Shown here one piece after another: positions 8,090 to 17,403 of a stretch of 64,000 nt of DNA; the stretch's first letter is position 1; the number at the start of each line of letters is the position of its first letter. The position numbers were made by a program, and so were the translations under genes. The DNA is from an uncultured Gammaproteobacteria bacterium (GTDB lineage: Bacteria > Patescibacteriota > Microgenomatia > UBA8517). Location of the stretch: NCBI GenBank assembly GCA_964599625.1, contig CAZRGC010000001.1:115019-179018 (forward strand), read 5' to 3'. Below the pieces are notes generated by a model that saw nothing but the letters and a program-made list of their open reading frames with translations, was not told where the DNA came from and searched no databases.

Positions 8090-9253
8090 ATGGACAAAAT
8101 TGTTATCGTCATGCCCGCATATAATGAGTCGCAAAACATAGCGTTGATGATCCACGAGTTGTTTGAGAAAGAATTCCCCAAAATAGAAGGGGCTCAGATG
8201 CATCTTTTGGTAGTCGATGACTTTTCGCCGGACGGCACTGGGGATGTAGTTAAGAGTCTTATGTCCAAACACAAAAATCTCCATCTTTTGCAAAAACAGA
8301 AAGAAGGCTTGGGTTGGGCGTATATTCGGGGTTTTCAATATGCTATAGAAAAAATAAAAGCAGATGCAGTGATAGAAATGGATGCTGATTTTCAACACCC
8401 CCCTAGGTTTGTGAAACCAATGGTTGATGCATATCTCTCTGGGGCGGATTATGTTATTGGTAGTCGCTATATAAAAGGAGGTTCAGTTCCCAAAGAATGG
8501 GCATTGCCAAGAAAGGCAATAAGTTTTTTTGGAAACCTTTTCATAAGGGTTGTACTACTTAAGCCCAAGATTCACGACCTTACGACTGGCTTTAGACTTA
8601 CTAAAGTAGAAGGTGTTTTGACCAAAATAGACCTCAATAGACTTATGGAACCTTCCCGATTTGCATACAAAGTTGATTTGCTTTATCAAAGTATCAAAAA
8701 TTCAAACAAAACCGTAGAGGTTCCATTGCAGTTTGCGGCCAGGACAAAAGAGAAATCAAAGTTCAATTACCAGGAAATGATTTCAACTTTTAAAGTTGCC
8801 ATTATTTTGGGGATTAAGGACAAAATACGTTTGGTCAAATTTGCAATAGTGGGCTTTACGGGATTTTTGATTAATTACCTTAGTTTGGAGTTTTTTAAGA
8901 GCATTGGCCTCTCGACTTATTTATCTGCGCTTTTCGCAACGGAATTTGCAATAATATCAAACTTTACATTCAATAATATATGGACGTTCCGTGACAGAGA
9001 AATTGTAAAGATTTGGGATCTGGTGGTTCAATTTATCAAGTTCAATCTCTCTTCACTTGTAGCCGTTGTCGTACAACCATTTGTGGTCACACTAGCTGTA
9101 AAAATAGCGGGAGACACGCCATTGGTTCATCTTGCCGGTCTATTATTTGCCCTACTTTTTGTAATAGTTCCTTACAACTATATTGTTTACAATCTTTTTA
9201 TCTGGAAGACCTGGAAGATGTCAAAATTCAAGAAGGGTCAAGTGGAACTCTAA
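8090..9253 (+). CDS. polyprenol-phosphate glycosyltransferase (DPM1-like GT2) fused to C-terminal GtrA flippase-like domain
   Basis: MPAYNE, VDDFSPDGT, GLGWAY, EMDADFQH, DLTTGFR; C-terminal KFAIVG...SNFTFNNIWTF GtrA signature; start reassigned to ATG 8090 to avoid overlap with trmD. Confidence 0.88.
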   Translation: MDKIVIVMPAYNESQNIALMIHELFEKEFPKIEGAQMHLLVVDDFSPDGTGDVVKSLMSKHKNLHLLQKQKEGLGWAYIRGFQYAIEKIKADAVIEMDADFQHPPRFVKPMVDAYLSGADYVIGSRYIKGGSVPKEWALPRKAISFFGNLFIRVVLLKPKIHDLTTGFRLTKVEGVLTKIDLNRLMEPSRFAYKVDLLYQSIKNSNKTVEVPLQFAARTKEKSKFNYQEMISTFKVAIILGIKDKIRLVKFAIVGFTGFLINYLSLEFFKSIGLSTYLSALFATEFAIISNFTFNNIWTFRDREIVKIWDLVVQFIKFNLSSLVAVVVQPFVVTLAVKIAGDTPLVHLAGLLFALLFVIVPYNYIVYNLFIWKTWKMSKFKKGQVEL

Positions 9254-9638
9254 ACTTGTATCCGTAATTAATCAGGCCCTGGTCTCCGTCTTCGCTTATT
9301 TTTCTTGTCACCATCTCAACGGCGGTTCCGATTTCGATAGGTTTTGTCGGGTCTTCCAAGTCTGTTATTTGTGCAGTTATCATAGGCCCTTCTTCAAGTT
9401 GAACAAGTGCTACCTGGTATGGCGTGTTTCCTTCAAAGTTAGAAGGAGCTTCAAAGATAACAGTTGAAGAGTATATTGTGCCCTTACCGCTAAAAACAAA
9501 GGGTATTTTAGCCTCTCCATGGCAATCAGGACAAACATCTCGTGGTGGGAATACTTTATGTCCTTGGCCACAAACTTCACCAACAAGTCTATATCTCTGG
9601 GCTTTCAAACGCCAATGTCTTGGAATTTCATGGCTCAT
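9228..9638 (-). CDS. DUF35 Zn-ribbon/OB-fold protein (archaeal thiolase-HMG-CoA synthase scaffold/ChsH2-like)
   Basis: PRHWRL...RYRLVGEVCGQGH..FPPRDVCPDC, GTIYS, PYQVALVQLEEG, IGTAVEMVTRKI, YGYKF; start taken at MSHEIPR. Confidence 0.85.
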   Translation of the reverse strand: MSHEIPRHWRLKAQRYRLVGEVCGQGHKVFPPRDVCPDCHGEAKIPFVFSGKGTIYSSTVIFEAPSNFEGNTPYQVALVQLEEGPMITAQITDLEDPTKPIEIGTAVEMVTRKISEDGDQGLINYGYKFRVPLDPS

Positions 9639-9676
9639 ACATCTATTAGTCGTTTGAAAAATGAAAAACCCACGCC

Positions 9677-10837
9677 TTAGAGGAACGGAGCCCAATTGCT
9701 AATAGGCATGGCGTTTTGGGAGATGAACGCGATCGAGAATAGGTATATAGGCAAAAGGATCAAAATAAGCACAGGTTTAAAATATTTTTTACCTAATTCG
9801 TCTCCAAAAGCAATGATTAGAAGCGGTACAACTGGTAAAAAGTATCTAAGTATGTCTCTGTGGGATACAAATAATATAAAAAAATAGTAAACTCCGGCGA
9901 AGGAAGCAATTTCAAATTCTCTTTTGTGTATTAGTTTTGCTATACCAACACCGCCCACAAGATAAATCATTATAATTTCTTCGAGCCAGCTTGTGCCCAC
10001 CCAAGGAGCCGAATAGTTGAATATCTGAAACGGCAGAAAACCCAGGTGTATGTTGTCCCCAGAATGGAAATATGCCAAAAAGTCACCCATGCGGTAGTGG
10101 TAAATGCTAAAAACTGCCAATAGCGAAACAGGTATCAAAAGAAGCGGATAAGTTTTTTTGATATCGAATCTTGCAAAGAAACCTTTCTTTAGTGTCAGAA
10201 GCCTCATTTTTAGTTCTGGTAGAAGAAGGAAGATAAAATATGAAACAAAAAGGAGTGCTCCGGGTGACTTTGTGAGTTGTGCAAGAGATCCTGCAATCGC
10301 TGCTCCCCAATATTGTTTCTTTTTAAAATAGTATAGCGAGGCAATTATAAGTCCCACAAAAAGCGGGTCTGCACTGCCTACAGACCTAACTATCAACCAT
10401 CTTGCTGGGAACACCGAAAAAACAAAAGCAAGAAACAAAGCCTTGTCGTCACCCAGAATTTCCCTGGCTAGCAGGTAGAAATAATAGATTGCAAAAGCAG
10501 AAGACAATAGTGTCGCCCCCAACATTGCATATGGGAAGTTGGTGGCAAACGAAAAGATTTTAACAAGAGAAGGATAGAGCGGGAAATGTGCTGCGTAGTA
10601 TTCAGCCGGTAATGGAAATTGGAATGTTTGGGATATGAAAACTTTATCGTAGAACGACTTGGCAACAACAAGATAAAGTGGCCCATCGTAATTGGATACG
10701 ACTGTAGCCATTCCGTTACCCGGTATTGGTATGCCCCAAAGATTTGGAATTCTTAGAAAAAAAGGTAGCCAAATCAAAAATATAGGCAGTAGCGAGAAGA
10801 TTAAGATAGTTAATATTTCCTTAATTCTTTTTGACAT
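9677..10837 (-). CDS. GT-C membrane glycosyltransferase, PIG-V/mannosyltransferase-2-like
   Basis: NYDGPLYLVVA, AAHFPLYP, multiple TM helices, DILRY; start 10837 or 10867. Confidence 0.72.
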   Translation of the reverse strand: MSKRIKEILTILIFSLLPIFLIWLPFFLRIPNLWGIPIPGNGMATVVSNYDGPLYLVVAKSFYDKVFISQTFQFPLPAEYYAAHFPLYPSLVKIFSFATNFPYAMLGATLLSSAFAIYYFYLLAREILGDDKALFLAFVFSVFPARWLIVRSVGSADPLFVGLIIASLYYFKKKQYWGAAIAGSLAQLTKSPGALLFVSYFIFLLLPELKMRLLTLKKGFFARFDIKKTYPLLLIPVSLLAVFSIYHYRMGDFLAYFHSGDNIHLGFLPFQIFNYSAPWVGTSWLEEIIMIYLVGGVGIAKLIHKREFEIASFAGVYYFFILFVSHRDILRYFLPVVPLLIIAFGDELGKKYFKPVLILILLPIYLFSIAFISQNAMPISNWAPFL

Positions 10838-10917
10838 GCTTACGATACTGTGCCCATAGCTTATCATTTCATGCTTTTAACTTAAAGGGGGTGGAGTTTT
10901 TGTATGAGAAATATATA

Positions 10918-10926
10918 TGTTAGACT
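10918..10926 (+). promoter_or_regulatory. extended -10 (TGtTAGACT) 6 nt before GTG start
   Basis: tgtTAGACTtcgtatGTG. Confidence 0.45.
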
Positions 10927-10932
10927 TCGTAT

Positions 10933-11652
10933 GTGGCTGACAAAATAAAAGAGATTTCTGTTTTTTTACCAACTTTTAATGAGCACGGTAATCTGCCTTC
11001 TGTGGTTGCCAAAACGAAAAAAGTTTTAACTGAAGTTGCAAGGTTATGGGAAATAATCATAGTGAACGACGGGTCGACAGATGGAACAAAAGAGGTCGCC
11101 CAGAGTTTGGCAAAATCAGACACTCGCATCAAAGTAATTAACCACGACAAAAACAAGGGCTACGGATCTTCTTTAAGGTCGGGTTTTTATGGTGCTAAAT
11201 ACGAATGGATAGCGTTCATAGACTCCGATGGTCAGTTTGATTTCTCGGAGATATCCCGCTTTATACAATCACAAAAAGAAACAAGTGCCGATCTTGTAAT
11301 AGGTTATTACAAAAAACGAAGGGTTTCGGCTTTTAAGATTGTTACCAGTAGAATGTGGGAGTTTGCAGTGTGGTTACTTTTTGGGCTAAAGGTAAAAGAT
11401 ATAGACTGTGGTTTCAAGTTTATTTCAAAGAAAGTCATTGATACCATACCCAAACTCGAAAGTGAAAGAGGAGCTTTCATATCCAGTGAACTGCTTATAA
11501 AGTCGAGGAGTAAAGGTTTCAAAATTGCCGAAGTCGCGGTAACACATTACCCGCGAACCAAAGGGTCTGGGACTGGGAGAAATTTAAACGTTATTTTGAA
11601 AAGCTTTTTGGATCTCTTGCGTTTATATAAAAATTTAAAAACTAGCATATGA
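10933..11652 (+). CDS. GT2 glycosyltransferase (polyprenol-phosphate-sugar synthase-like)
   Basis: PTFNE, VNDGSTDGT, NKGYG, IDSDGQF, DIDCGFK, V.HYPR. Confidence 0.88.
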   Translation: MADKIKEISVFLPTFNEHGNLPSVVAKTKKVLTEVARLWEIIIVNDGSTDGTKEVAQSLAKSDTRIKVINHDKNKGYGSSLRSGFYGAKYEWIAFIDSDGQFDFSEISRFIQSQKETSADLVIGYYKKRRVSAFKIVTSRMWEFAVWLLFGLKVKDIDCGFKFISKKVIDTIPKLESERGAFISSELLIKSRSKGFKIAEVAVTHYPRTKGSGTGRNLNVILKSFLDLLRLYKNLKTSI

Positions 11653-13184
11653 AAATTTTTGGCATCGATAAGTTGATCAAAAAAATAAAAATTTGGAAAG
11701 ACAAAAATCCCGGGGAGTTTTGGTTCTTGTTGATAATACTTTCTTTGGCGGCTTTACTCAGGTTTTACAAAATAAGCGAATACATGACTTTTTTGGGAGA
11801 CGAGGGGCGAGATGTGCTTATCGTCAGAAGGATATTTACGGAACTACACCCTCCACTGATTGGTCCAGGCACATCAATTGGGGGAATGTACCTTGGCCCT
11901 CTTTATTACTACATGATGGCACCCGCTCTACTATTAGCCGGTTTTTCTCCTGTCGGCCCTGCAGTAATGGTCGCTTTGTTGGGGATTGTGACAGTTTTTC
12001 TTGTGTGGTTTGTTGCCCGCGAATGGTTTGGCTCAACTGCTGCCAAGATATCTGGGTTTTTGTACGCAATTTCCCCAACAGTAATCATTTTTTCGAGATC
12101 ATCTTGGAATCCCAACATTATGCCCTTTTTTGCACTTATTTCCGTTTATTCAATTTGGCGTTTTTGGAAATATAATGAATACAAGTGGCTTCTGGTATTG
12201 GGAGTATCGTTTGCTTTCGTCCTTCAGTCACATTATTTAGGACTCCTTTTGGCGCCAACAATTTTTGTATATTGGTTTCTAGCCTACATCCGCAACAAGA
12301 AAGTCGGGGAGGACAGAAAAGTCTTTAAGTATTCAATTGCCGCATACCTCATATTCCTGCTTTTGATGAGCCCGCTATTTATTTTTGACTTGAGACACGA
12401 TTTTATGAATACAAAAGCGATGTACCAGTTTTTCACTGTTAGACAAACTACAGTATCTGCAAAGCCCTGGAGCGCAATTCCTAAAATTCCGGAAATCTTT
12501 CAAACCATCAATTTAAGTTTGATTGGGTCAAAAAATATTCTTATCACCAAACTCCTCTCGCTGGTAATGGCACTTGGGGTTATGATTGTTGCGGTTAAAA
12601 AACCGAAAAACTATGAACCGTACATTCTACTGGGTTTGTGGTTTTTGTTTGGGTTGATTGGTTTTGGTGTCTACAAACAATCGATTTATGACCACTATTT
12701 TGGTTTTGTGTTTGTTGTGCCATTTCTGATATTGGGCGGGTTGTTTTCGAAAATGTTAGCCAAAGGTGTGTTGGCAAAAATTTTAGCTTTAGTTTTAATA
12801 GGTGTCGTTATTTATGTTAACTTGGTGCAAAACCCGCTTAGGTACTCTCCAAATAATCAGTTAAAAAGAAGTATGAACGTATCTCAAAAAATAATAGATT
12901 TAGCTGGCGGCAAGGAATTCGATCTTGCTGTTTTAGCAGAAAGAAACTACGAAGATGGCTACAGATATTTTTTGGAACTTAACGATGCAAAAGTTTTACA
13001 TGCTGACAGGTGGGATCCTTCCACAATTGCAGATCAGTTGTTTGTTATATGTGAGATGGAAGAAAAGAAGTGCGACCCAACTCATTCACCAAAAGCGGAA
13101 GTTGCAAATTTTGGAATGTCGAAAATAGACGAGAAATGGGAGGTGGATGGGGTTATAATATACCGTTTGTTACATTCAAAATGA
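11649..13184 (+). CDS. GT-C membrane glycosyltransferase (ArnT/PMT_2-like)
   Basis: LRFY...FLGDEGRD, GPLYYY, SRSSWNPN, ~11 TM helices plus C-terminal soluble domain. Confidence 0.82.
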   Translation: MKIFGIDKLIKKIKIWKDKNPGEFWFLLIILSLAALLRFYKISEYMTFLGDEGRDVLIVRRIFTELHPPLIGPGTSIGGMYLGPLYYYMMAPALLLAGFSPVGPAVMVALLGIVTVFLVWFVAREWFGSTAAKISGFLYAISPTVIIFSRSSWNPNIMPFFALISVYSIWRFWKYNEYKWLLVLGVSFAFVLQSHYLGLLLAPTIFVYWFLAYIRNKKVGEDRKVFKYSIAAYLIFLLLMSPLFIFDLRHDFMNTKAMYQFFTVRQTTVSAKPWSAIPKIPEIFQTINLSLIGSKNILITKLLSLVMALGVMIVAVKKPKNYEPYILLGLWFLFGLIGFGVYKQSIYDHYFGFVFVVPFLILGGLFSKMLAKGVLAKILALVLIGVVIYVNLVQNPLRYSPNNQLKRSMNVSQKIIDLAGGKEFDLAVLAERNYEDGYRYFLELNDAKVLHADRWDPSTIADQLFVICEMEEKKCDPTHSPKAEVANFGMSKIDEKWEVDGVIIYRLLHSK

Positions 13185-14170
13185 ACTACAAAGAATCAAA
13201 AACAATTTTGGCAGAGATCAAAAAAGCTAAAAATATTCTTATAAATTGCCACAGAAGCCCTGACCCTGACAGTGTGGGGTCGGCCCTGTCGCTCAAAAGA
13301 GTATTGGAGAAAATGGACAAAAACGTTGAAGTGATTTGTCCTGACCCCATTGGCTCTGACTCTGAATTTCTTCAGCACTCAAACGAAGTCCGACAAATCG
13401 ACTATGATACTTTTGATTTTTCCGAACATGATCTGTTTATGATTTTGGACTCATCAGAATGGACACAGGTAACAGGACACGGCAAAAAACCTGTTGAGGG
13501 GATTAAAAGAATTGTTGTTGATCACCACTATACTAACGCCGGTTTTGGAGATATCAATCTTCTAGACGGCGACAGAAGTTCAACTTGCGAAGTCTTGTTT
13601 AGAGTCTACCAAGATTGGAAAATCAAGATTGATTCGGAAGTCGCGGAGGATCTGCTTTCTGGATTGGTTTACGACACGTCTTCATTAATGCACTCAAGCG
13701 CAGACTCAGAAACAGCAAAAACCTTTGCAACACTCATGGAAATGGGTGCGGATAAAAACAAAATAATTCTAAACATATTCAGAAACATTAGTTTCGAGAA
13801 TATTAAGTTAATGGGTGAGATACTTAAGAATATGGAAAAGGATGATGAGTCGGGTTTTGTGTGGTCGGCAGTCCCATATGAAACTTTTTCAAAATACGGG
13901 ACCACAACCGGTGTTAAAAGTATGGCGGCGACTCTGTATGCGTCCTCGGTTAGAGATACAAATTACGGAATGGTTATGGTTGAGGAGAGAAAAAATAACC
14001 TAAGTATAAGTTTGCGGGCCAAAGATGGTTATGATATATCCAAAGTGGCCGAAGTTCTTGGTGGTGGTGGTCATAAACAAGCAGGCGCTGTACTCATGAG
14101 GGATATAAATTTCGATAGCGCCGTTGTCAAAGCTTTGGAGGCAGCAAGAAAATATGTTCGCAAAAGTTAA
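13181..14170 (+). CDS. nrnA: DHH/DHHA1 bifunctional oligoribonuclease/PAP phosphatase
   Basis: H..PDPDSVGS, VDHH, SSTCE, DT, SLR, GGGH; start at ATG 13181 (ATGA overlap). Confidence 0.85.
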   Translation: MNYKESKTILAEIKKAKNILINCHRSPDPDSVGSALSLKRVLEKMDKNVEVICPDPIGSDSEFLQHSNEVRQIDYDTFDFSEHDLFMILDSSEWTQVTGHGKKPVEGIKRIVVDHHYTNAGFGDINLLDGDRSSTCEVLFRVYQDWKIKIDSEVAEDLLSGLVYDTSSLMHSSADSETAKTFATLMEMGADKNKIILNIFRNISFENIKLMGEILKNMEKDDESGFVWSAVPYETFSKYGTTTGVKSMAATLYASSVRDTNYGMVMVEERKNNLSISLRAKDGYDISKVAEVLGGGGHKQAGAVLMRDINFDSAVVKALEAARKYVRKS

Positions 14171-15647
14171 AGAATTTTTTACTCCGGTAAACTCACTGCT
14201 GGTTATTATACTTTTGATAGGTTTTGTTTTTCGTGTTTATCGCATAGATCAACTTTTGGGTTTTTACTATGACCAAGCCAGAGACGCATTGGTGATTTGG
14301 GATCTAATCCATAAAGGAAAACTTTTTCTGATTGGTCCAACTACAGGAATAGCAGGTATCTTTCGCGGGCCCTGGTACTATTGGCTTATCACACCGTTTT
14401 ATTTTCTAGGCAATGGTAACCCTGTTTACCCTTCCGTTTTTCTATCAATTACAACCATAGCTGGTGTGTTTTTGGGTTACAAAATTATCAAAGAGTTTGC
14501 TGGCGAAGTTTCCGGTTTGTTGTTTGCGGTCATTGGTAGTTTTTCACTCTATTTAGTGTATGCATCACGCTGGCTGAGTAACCCAACACCAATGCTCTTT
14601 ATTAGTATGGGTGTGATTTATTCAACAATTCAGGTCGTCAAAAAGAAAGAATTTTATTGGCTTGTACTTGCATTTTTGATGGGAATGTCGATGCAGTTTG
14701 GCAGTTCGGGTGAAGTTTTTTATTTTCCGGCGCTTTTGACTATAATGATATGGAAAAAAATATTTCCAAAACCAAAGACCCTTGTCTGGTCGCTAGTATT
14801 GTTTTTTGTTGCGTTCCTTCCGCAAATTGCTTTTGATATCAAACATGATGGTATTTTACGCAACAATGTCTACAAATTTATTTTTGGAGAAGGAAGTTTC
14901 AAGGCTTCGTTTTGGGAAACTTTCAAAGTAAGGCTACCGTTTTATCTTGATGTTTTTGGGTCAAAAATTTTTCCACAGACGCCTTTGTATCAGAAAGCTT
15001 TGGCTTTATTCATTTTTGCAACACTTTTAACAAAAAGGAAAAAACTATTTTCCGGTGTCGGTTTTCCGGTCATTTTTATTTTTTGGGCATCTCCACTCTT
15101 GGGAATGCTTTTTTTTCAGGGTAACTTTGGTAATGTTTATGACTACTATTTCACAGGTTACTATTTCATCTTCGGAATTTTAGTTGCGGCACTTTTTGGT
15201 CAGTATCTCAACACACGTTTGGGAAAATTATTTGTTATGGGTTTTATGTTGTTGTTTTTACACGATAATATTCCGCAAGTGAGAAATTATATTATTTCAG
15301 GAGTTGATGGACCCACTACAGTTGCATATGGCAACCAAAAGTTGAGTGTAGATTGGATTTACAAAACTTCATCAGGCCGTGACTTCAATGTTGACTCATA
15401 TGTACCTCCGGTTATTCCTCACACATATGACTATCTTTTCAAGTGGTATGGTCCGCAAAAGTTTGGGACCCAGCCTTTGGATAAAAACGTGGAGCTTTTG
15501 TATACTTTATATGAGGTAGACCCCGACCATCCGGAAAGACTCGATGCTTGGTTGAAAAGACAGGAGTCGATAGGTAAGGTAGTTAAAACAGAGAAGTTTG
15601 GTGGAATTACAGTAGAAGAGAGAAAGCGAATTAAATTTAATCAATGA
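14154..15647 (+). CDS. GT-C membrane glycosyltransferase (ArnT/PMT_2-like), paralogue of 11649-13184
   Basis: FRVY...FYYDQARD, LIGP, GPWYYW, SRWLSNP, multiple TM helices. Confidence 0.8.
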   Translation: MFAKVKEFFTPVNSLLVIILLIGFVFRVYRIDQLLGFYYDQARDALVIWDLIHKGKLFLIGPTTGIAGIFRGPWYYWLITPFYFLGNGNPVYPSVFLSITTIAGVFLGYKIIKEFAGEVSGLLFAVIGSFSLYLVYASRWLSNPTPMLFISMGVIYSTIQVVKKKEFYWLVLAFLMGMSMQFGSSGEVFYFPALLTIMIWKKIFPKPKTLVWSLVLFFVAFLPQIAFDIKHDGILRNNVYKFIFGEGSFKASFWETFKVRLPFYLDVFGSKIFPQTPLYQKALALFIFATLLTKRKKLFSGVGFPVIFIFWASPLLGMLFFQGNFGNVYDYYFTGYYFIFGILVAALFGQYLNTRLGKLFVMGFMLLFLHDNIPQVRNYIISGVDGPTTVAYGNQKLSVDWIYKTSSGRDFNVDSYVPPVIPHTYDYLFKWYGPQKFGTQPLDKNVELLYTLYEVDPDHPERLDAWLKRQESIGKVVKTEKFGGITVEERKRIKFNQ

Positions 15648-16390
15648 AACCCTATTTGAGTGTTGTAATCCCGGCATACAACGAAGAGTACAATCTTAGG
15701 ACTGGTGTTTTATCGTCTGTGTACGATTACCTCAAAAAACAAAAGTACACCTGGGAGATACTGTTCGTCGACGATGGTTCTACAGACAAAACACTGCAGA
15801 TCGCAAGAGATTTTGCAAAGGGTCATCCGGGATTTAATGTTGTTCCTGAAACACATAGGGGAAAAGGGGGTACTGTGATCTCTGGAGTTCTCAAATCCCG
15901 CGGCGACTACATTCTTTTTACCGACACTGACCAGGCCACACCAATCGATCAATTGGAAAAAATACTTCCCAAACTCGAGAGCGGCTATGGTGTTGTTATG
16001 GGTTCCAGATCCGGCAGGGAAGGTGCTCCAATCATACGCAAAGTTATGGCATACGGATTTTCCTTCCTACGCTTTATAGTACTCAGGTTGCCTTACAAAG
16101 ATACCCAGTGTGGTTTTAAAGCTTTTTCTCAAAAAGCAGCAAAAGATATTTTTGAACGCCTAAAAATATTTTCTACGAAATCAGTTTCTTATGGGGCATC
16201 TGTTACCGCAGGGTTTGATTTGGAAGTTTTATATATAGCCAGAAAACTTAAATATAAAATAGCCGAGGTTCCTGTGGACTGGCACCACAAAGAGGGGACA
16301 AAGGTTGACCCCATAAAAGATTCGCTCGAGGGGTTAAAGGGACTTATTATGGTCCGAATAAATGCTCTGGGCGGAAAATATGGGGTTTAG
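15644..16390 (+). CDS. dolichyl-phosphate beta-glucosyltransferase-like GT2 (Alg5-like)
   Basis: VIPAYNEE, VDDGSTDKT, GKGG, FTDTDQATP, DTQCGFKAF, FDLEVL, EVPVDW. Confidence 0.85.
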   Translation: MKPYLSVVIPAYNEEYNLRTGVLSSVYDYLKKQKYTWEILFVDDGSTDKTLQIARDFAKGHPGFNVVPETHRGKGGTVISGVLKSRGDYILFTDTDQATPIDQLEKILPKLESGYGVVMGSRSGREGAPIIRKVMAYGFSFLRFIVLRLPYKDTQCGFKAFSQKAAKDIFERLKIFSTKSVSYGASVTAGFDLEVLYIARKLKYKIAEVPVDWHHKEGTKVDPIKDSLEGLKGLIMVRINALGGKYGV

Positions 16391-16426
16391 TGGAAAAATT
16401 TTTAAAGTTTTTGTATTATTAACTTG

Positions 16427-17053
16427 ATGAACAAAAAGATAATTTTAGTTGGCGCACTTCTGCTTCTAATCGCTGGTGGATATTTTATGTTTACCAAAAG
16501 CTCCAAAAACTCACCGGACACCTCTGGCCAGTCGGCAAACAGTGCCCCCAAATCACTCAAGGATCTTTTGACAGCGGGTGTCGCTCAAAAATGTACTTTC
16601 AGCATGACTCAAGAGTCTGGTAATCAATCGGGAACAACATATATCACAAACGGCAAGCTAAGGGGCGATTTTACATCACAGGCGAACGGTAAGACTATGG
16701 AAACTCACATGATTGTTTCAGGGAACACTAGTTATGTTTGGCAGGAGGGCGAAAAAGAAGGTTTTAAATCCTCGTTTGATCCTTCTACGTCGGTTTCGGG
16801 TTCAGAAGCTCAGTCTGCATCCACAACAGCCTCTTTGGACTTTAACAAACAAGGTGACTACAAATGTTCAGCGTGGGCTGTCGACGAATCAATGTTCACA
16901 CCACCGAGCGACGTTAAATTCAATGACTTCTCGCAGTTAATGAAACCAACAACCTCCGGAACCGGCCAGGGTGAAAGTTCTCAATGTTCAGTTTGCGATT
17001 CGCTATCCGGAGACGACAAAACTCAATGCCGAACGGCGCTCAGCTGTAAATAA
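16427..17053 (+). CDS. secreted/membrane-anchored hypothetical protein with six cysteines
   Basis: N-terminal KK plus hydrophobic helix; S/T-rich; C-terminal CSVC...C...C. Confidence 0.75.
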   Translation: MNKKIILVGALLLLIAGGYFMFTKSSKNSPDTSGQSANSAPKSLKDLLTAGVAQKCTFSMTQESGNQSGTTYITNGKLRGDFTSQANGKTMETHMIVSGNTSYVWQEGEKEGFKSSFDPSTSVSGSEAQSASTTASLDFNKQGDYKCSAWAVDESMFTPPSDVKFNDFSQLMKPTTSGTGQGESSQCSVCDSLSGDDKTQCRTALSCK

Positions 17054-17063
17054 TCCCTAAAAA

Positions 17064-17372
17064 ATGCTAACTGCAATACTTTTGATATTGGTAATTTTTT
17101 GGTTTTTGGGATATGGGCCTATTGCAGCACTGAAAGTTCCCTTGGTTATTCTTGGGAAAATAAGAATAGATCTTTGGGAAATATTAATATTCTTATTAAT
17201 AATTTGGATTATTGATCTGTTGCCATCCCCGTTAAGAGAGGTTGCAATAGTGCTTCTTGTAGTGTGGCTCCTGTCTATATTCGGAATAATTGCTGTTCCA
17301 ATGTTCTCAAACGTTATGGTGATTGCAATCATAGTAGGGTTGGGAATTTACCTTCTGAGCTCAAAACATTAA
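17064..17372 (+). CDS. small hydrophobic membrane protein
   Basis: 102 aa, almost entirely hydrophobic, co-oriented with neighbours. Confidence 0.7.
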   Translation: MLTAILLILVIFWFLGYGPIAALKVPLVILGKIRIDLWEILIFLLIIWIIDLLPSPLREVAIVLLVVWLLSIFGIIAVPMFSNVMVIAIIVGLGIYLLSSKH

Positions 17373-17388
17373 ATCTTTACCAATGCCG

Positions 17389-17397
17389 TGGTAAAAT
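17389..17397 (+). promoter_or_regulatory. extended -10 (TGgTAAAAT) 6 nt before ATG
   Basis: gTGGTAAAATtcgttaATG. Confidence 0.55.
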
Positions 17398-17403
17398 TCG
17401 TTA

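Noticed and set aside
10868-10917. GGGGGTGGAG purine run and weak inverted repeat in a divergent spacer
   Set aside because: Too far from the GTG start to act as an RBS and the stem is unconvincing
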